A DNA stretch of 63,995 nt, filler included, from Folioceros fuciformis (taxonomy: Eukaryota): assembly GCA_049999805.1 (NCBI GenBank). It is 7 parts of 7 records of this genome, joined end to end, with 100 filler letters (N's around TTAATTAATTAA, not from the genome) between each part and the next. Parts side by side here need not be neighbours in the genome. Positions count along the whole stretch, not along the records: positions 59,782 to 63,995 come from JBNGIO010005097.1; 6 more parts are not named here. One strand, 5' to 3'. The notes beneath the pieces are model-generated. The model was given only the letters and a program-made list of their open reading frames with translations, was not told where the DNA came from and ran no database searches. Both the position numbers and the translations under genes were made by a program. This document shows, in pieces, positions 61,311 through 63,995 of this stretch; position 1 is the first letter of the stretch; each line of letters begins with the position of its first letter.

Positions 61311-62177
61311 ATAGCTAGACGATTGTTGACTTTCTAAACTGCACCATCACTATCTCCTGATCATCCTATTTAATCTAGCCTTATCTAACATAGTTTCCTA
61401 ATTACCTCTCCAAGGAATTCTATCAAAACTCCAAAAAAAACAAATACCACCCATTTTCTAAGAGGCCTATCTACCATGTGGTCTCCACAACCTGCATCCA
61501 CACTTCTCAGAGCTATAACTTGGCTTCTCAAATCCTCTTCTCAGAGCTATAACTTGGCTTCTCAAATCCTCGATTAGGTCATATAATCTTGCACACTATG
61601 CACACGCACACCTCAACGAGATTTCTAACAAGAGAATGCACTTCCTAGAGGATGCACTTAAGAGAATGCTCCATTAAGAGAAAGCCTATTCCATAGAAAG
61701 CAAGAGGACATAAGCTTACAGCTGCAGCGAACACCGCTGAGCTAGGCTTGTATGCCTTCTACTTGAGACTTGCTGCAACCACAACCACACATCTCGTTGT
61801 GTGTCTATGTAGTTGACTTTATCTTATATTATATTTTCTAATAATCTTTAGTAAATAACTATTAATTACTACTAATGCCATTTATTAGCATCATTTAATT
61901 ATTAACTAATTACTATTTGCATACATCTAAGTGACAACACACAATCATGCTTTACAGAGGAGTGAATATGTGGAGAGTACGTGGGTGATAAACCTATGTG
62001 GCGGGTAGGTAAGACAACGAAAGGTCGTCACAAACTTAAGAAAATTAGAGGAGATTTGGGGACACATGTGAGCATGCATAGTAGGAGTAAAACGATGGGA
62101 AGTACACATGTGTGGCCAGTACCTTTTTGCAACGGGAGCCATCACCAAATGGACTCTCCCCTTACACTTGTTCTTCA

Positions 62178-62720
62178 GTTTCTACCACAAAAATTTTGGA
62201 AAAGAGAAGATACATATTCGCCTCCATTGTCACTGTGAAGTATCTTAAGTTGGTTACCACGTTCATTCTCAACCAAAGCTTTCCATTCCTTAAAGGTCAT
62301 AAACACATGAGATTTCTACTTCAAGAGGTAAATCCATACCTTTCGTGTGAAGTCATCGACAAAGATGAGAATATAGCAAGCACCCCCTATGAAAGGGTTC
62401 TTTATGGGCCCACACACATCATTGTGCACGCATTAGCTTCAGTGCCTTCTGCGCTCGGTGCACTATAACTTCGTCCAACATAGTTTTCCCATGACACAAC
62501 CATGGCATAATTGTGTCTCAGTGATCTCCTTCAAATCCAATCCTGTCACCATGTGGCTCTTCCACATCAACTTGAGTTTGTCCACTCCGATGTGTTCCAA
62601 ACGTTGATGACATAGATCAACAAAACTAGTGTGATCGTGTGAACTAGTGAGAAATGTACAATAGGGCTTGCGCACAGAAGCACATATTATGTGCTTCTGA
62701 AATAGATCAGGTTTGTCCAT
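62178..62720 (-). mobile_element. Copia integrase relic
   Basis: LCHQRLEHIG...CHGCVMGK, MCGP, FVDDF, LHSDNGGEYVSSLFQNFCGRN|; homology ends at a TG that starts an LTR-like segment (62177 leftward). Confidence 0.8.
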
Positions 62721-63331
62721 GCAAATAGGGTTTCATAAAAAATCCCAATGTGATTCGCTTGTTTGGGACAATCTATCTGTTTTTTGCTTGTTTTGTGGGT
62801 AACAATTGCAACACAATGCGTTTTTTGGCTGCTGTTCTCCCTCCAGCTCGGCTATTGCCACCCAATGATGTGTACTACTTATAGAGAGTAATTTTTCCGC
62901 AAGTGCAATGAATTAGGTGTATTTGCTAAAACTGTAGTTTTCAGCATGTTTCACTTTCTCCACATACAGACGACAAAAGAGTGGCCTGGACATACTCGCC
63001 GTCTAGGCGTGCACAAGTGCGTGCCCAGCAACTGCCATGTTTTGAAAGGGAGAATTTTCATATTGTAAGGGTTATCATAAAGCTACCAGTCAAATAATGT
63101 TTTCAAATGTTCTAGATGTGCCATATGCTCTTTGCTAATTGGGTTTTACATATGATGGCACAAAACTTGCGATACTTCTAAAATAATACGAGTGCAGCTA
63201 TTGAGCTTTTGCCTCTTCTTCAACAATCGTTTCAGATTGTCATCAAACATGTCTACGAAAGTGCCTTCCCCATGTACCGTACCATGAGCCCTTGCATGCA
63301 TTCGAGCTACGTTGGGTCCAGATTTTCGCAT

Positions 63332-63995
63332 TGTGTGGATTGTGGGAGAGAGAGCACGGGAGCGAGAGCGCACGAGGCACGAAGGGCAAAGGTAGTTATC
63401 GTTATATCAAAAAAAAAAAAAAAAAGAGTATATATGAGTATTTTAAAAGAGTAGTTTTAACTGATTATGAAACTACTAACCTAAACTAACATAATTTCCT
63501 TTACTCCCTCTTAGTTGAAATAATCAGAATAAAGGATAAAATATGCAAACTAGACTAGTGAAAACATAACACTAAATCTCAAACATACTACTAGCTCCCT
63601 CTTAAACTCCAAAAGAGGGTGATGTTCTTGCTGAAAAGCGCACGATTAACACAAAACATTGCAGCTTCATCCACTGCGCTAATCAACATGTAACTTTAGT
63701 GTGCAGTACCAACTTTGGTCACTACAGTAATGGACTTGAGACCTGCTGCTGCGGAGTGCTTGCCATGAGAAACTTTTGGGAGTGGCTTGGTCAAAAGATC
63801 CGCTATATTGTCACCTGTTGGAATATAGTGAACCTCAACCTCGCCTGTATCAGCAGCTTGTCTAATAAAATGATGCGTTATTTCAATATGCTTTGACCTC
63901 GCATGAAATACCGGATTCTTAGAAAGTGCAATTGCTGATTGATTATCACACCACATAGTTGTAGCCCCTGCTGGTAACTGTTGAATTCCTCTCAA
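63332..63995 (-). mobile_element. Copia 3' end (RNase H C-terminus, PPT, probable short LTR)
   Basis: CDNQSAIALSKNPVFHARSKHIEITHHFIR...NIADLLTKPL; PPT-like AAGAGGGAG at ~63504-63512 and ~63595-63603; LTR limits approximate. Confidence 0.85.

Noticed and set aside
59782-61314. Many overlapping P/A/G/R-rich ORFs on both strands
   Set aside because: Expected from GC-rich low-complexity DNA; no recognisable domain.
63146-63373. 75-aa minus-strand ORF next to the terminal LTR
   Set aside because: Starts inside LTR-like DNA and matches no family I recognise.

Overview
Nuclear DNA of a non-seed land plant. The ~75-130 nt introns and tightly packed genes suggest a bryophyte such as a hornwort (inference). 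The window is seven contigs joined by artificial N44-TTAATTAATTAA-N44 linkers, so adjacency across linkers means nothing. Contig 1 (1-11118) has three intact genes: HCAR (19 exons, -), an RraA-like HMG aldolase (+, head-to-head with HCAR) and a PHO1-family SPX-EXS exporter (14 exons, -). The rest is mostly nested, decayed retroelements (many Ty1/Copia, two L1-like LINE pieces, a REL-type non-LTR relic, an LTR element with antisense accessory ORFs), plus an intact GNA-type lectin gene, a DUF1995 pseudogene and a probable P450 relic. Top findings: (1) an intronless, frameshifted cytosine-5 DNA methyltransferase fragment (28768-29136) at the base of a stack of nested insertions, unlike plant MET1/CMT/DRM/DNMT2 and probably retrotransposon-borne; (2) six LTR insertions into Copia hosts that all fall in the host integrase region, three within ~25 nt of one another; (3) Copia families with a conserved extra ORF upstream of gag; (4) a Copia with TA...TA LTR termini; (5) a 5S rRNA-promoter-like, Cassandra-type segment.
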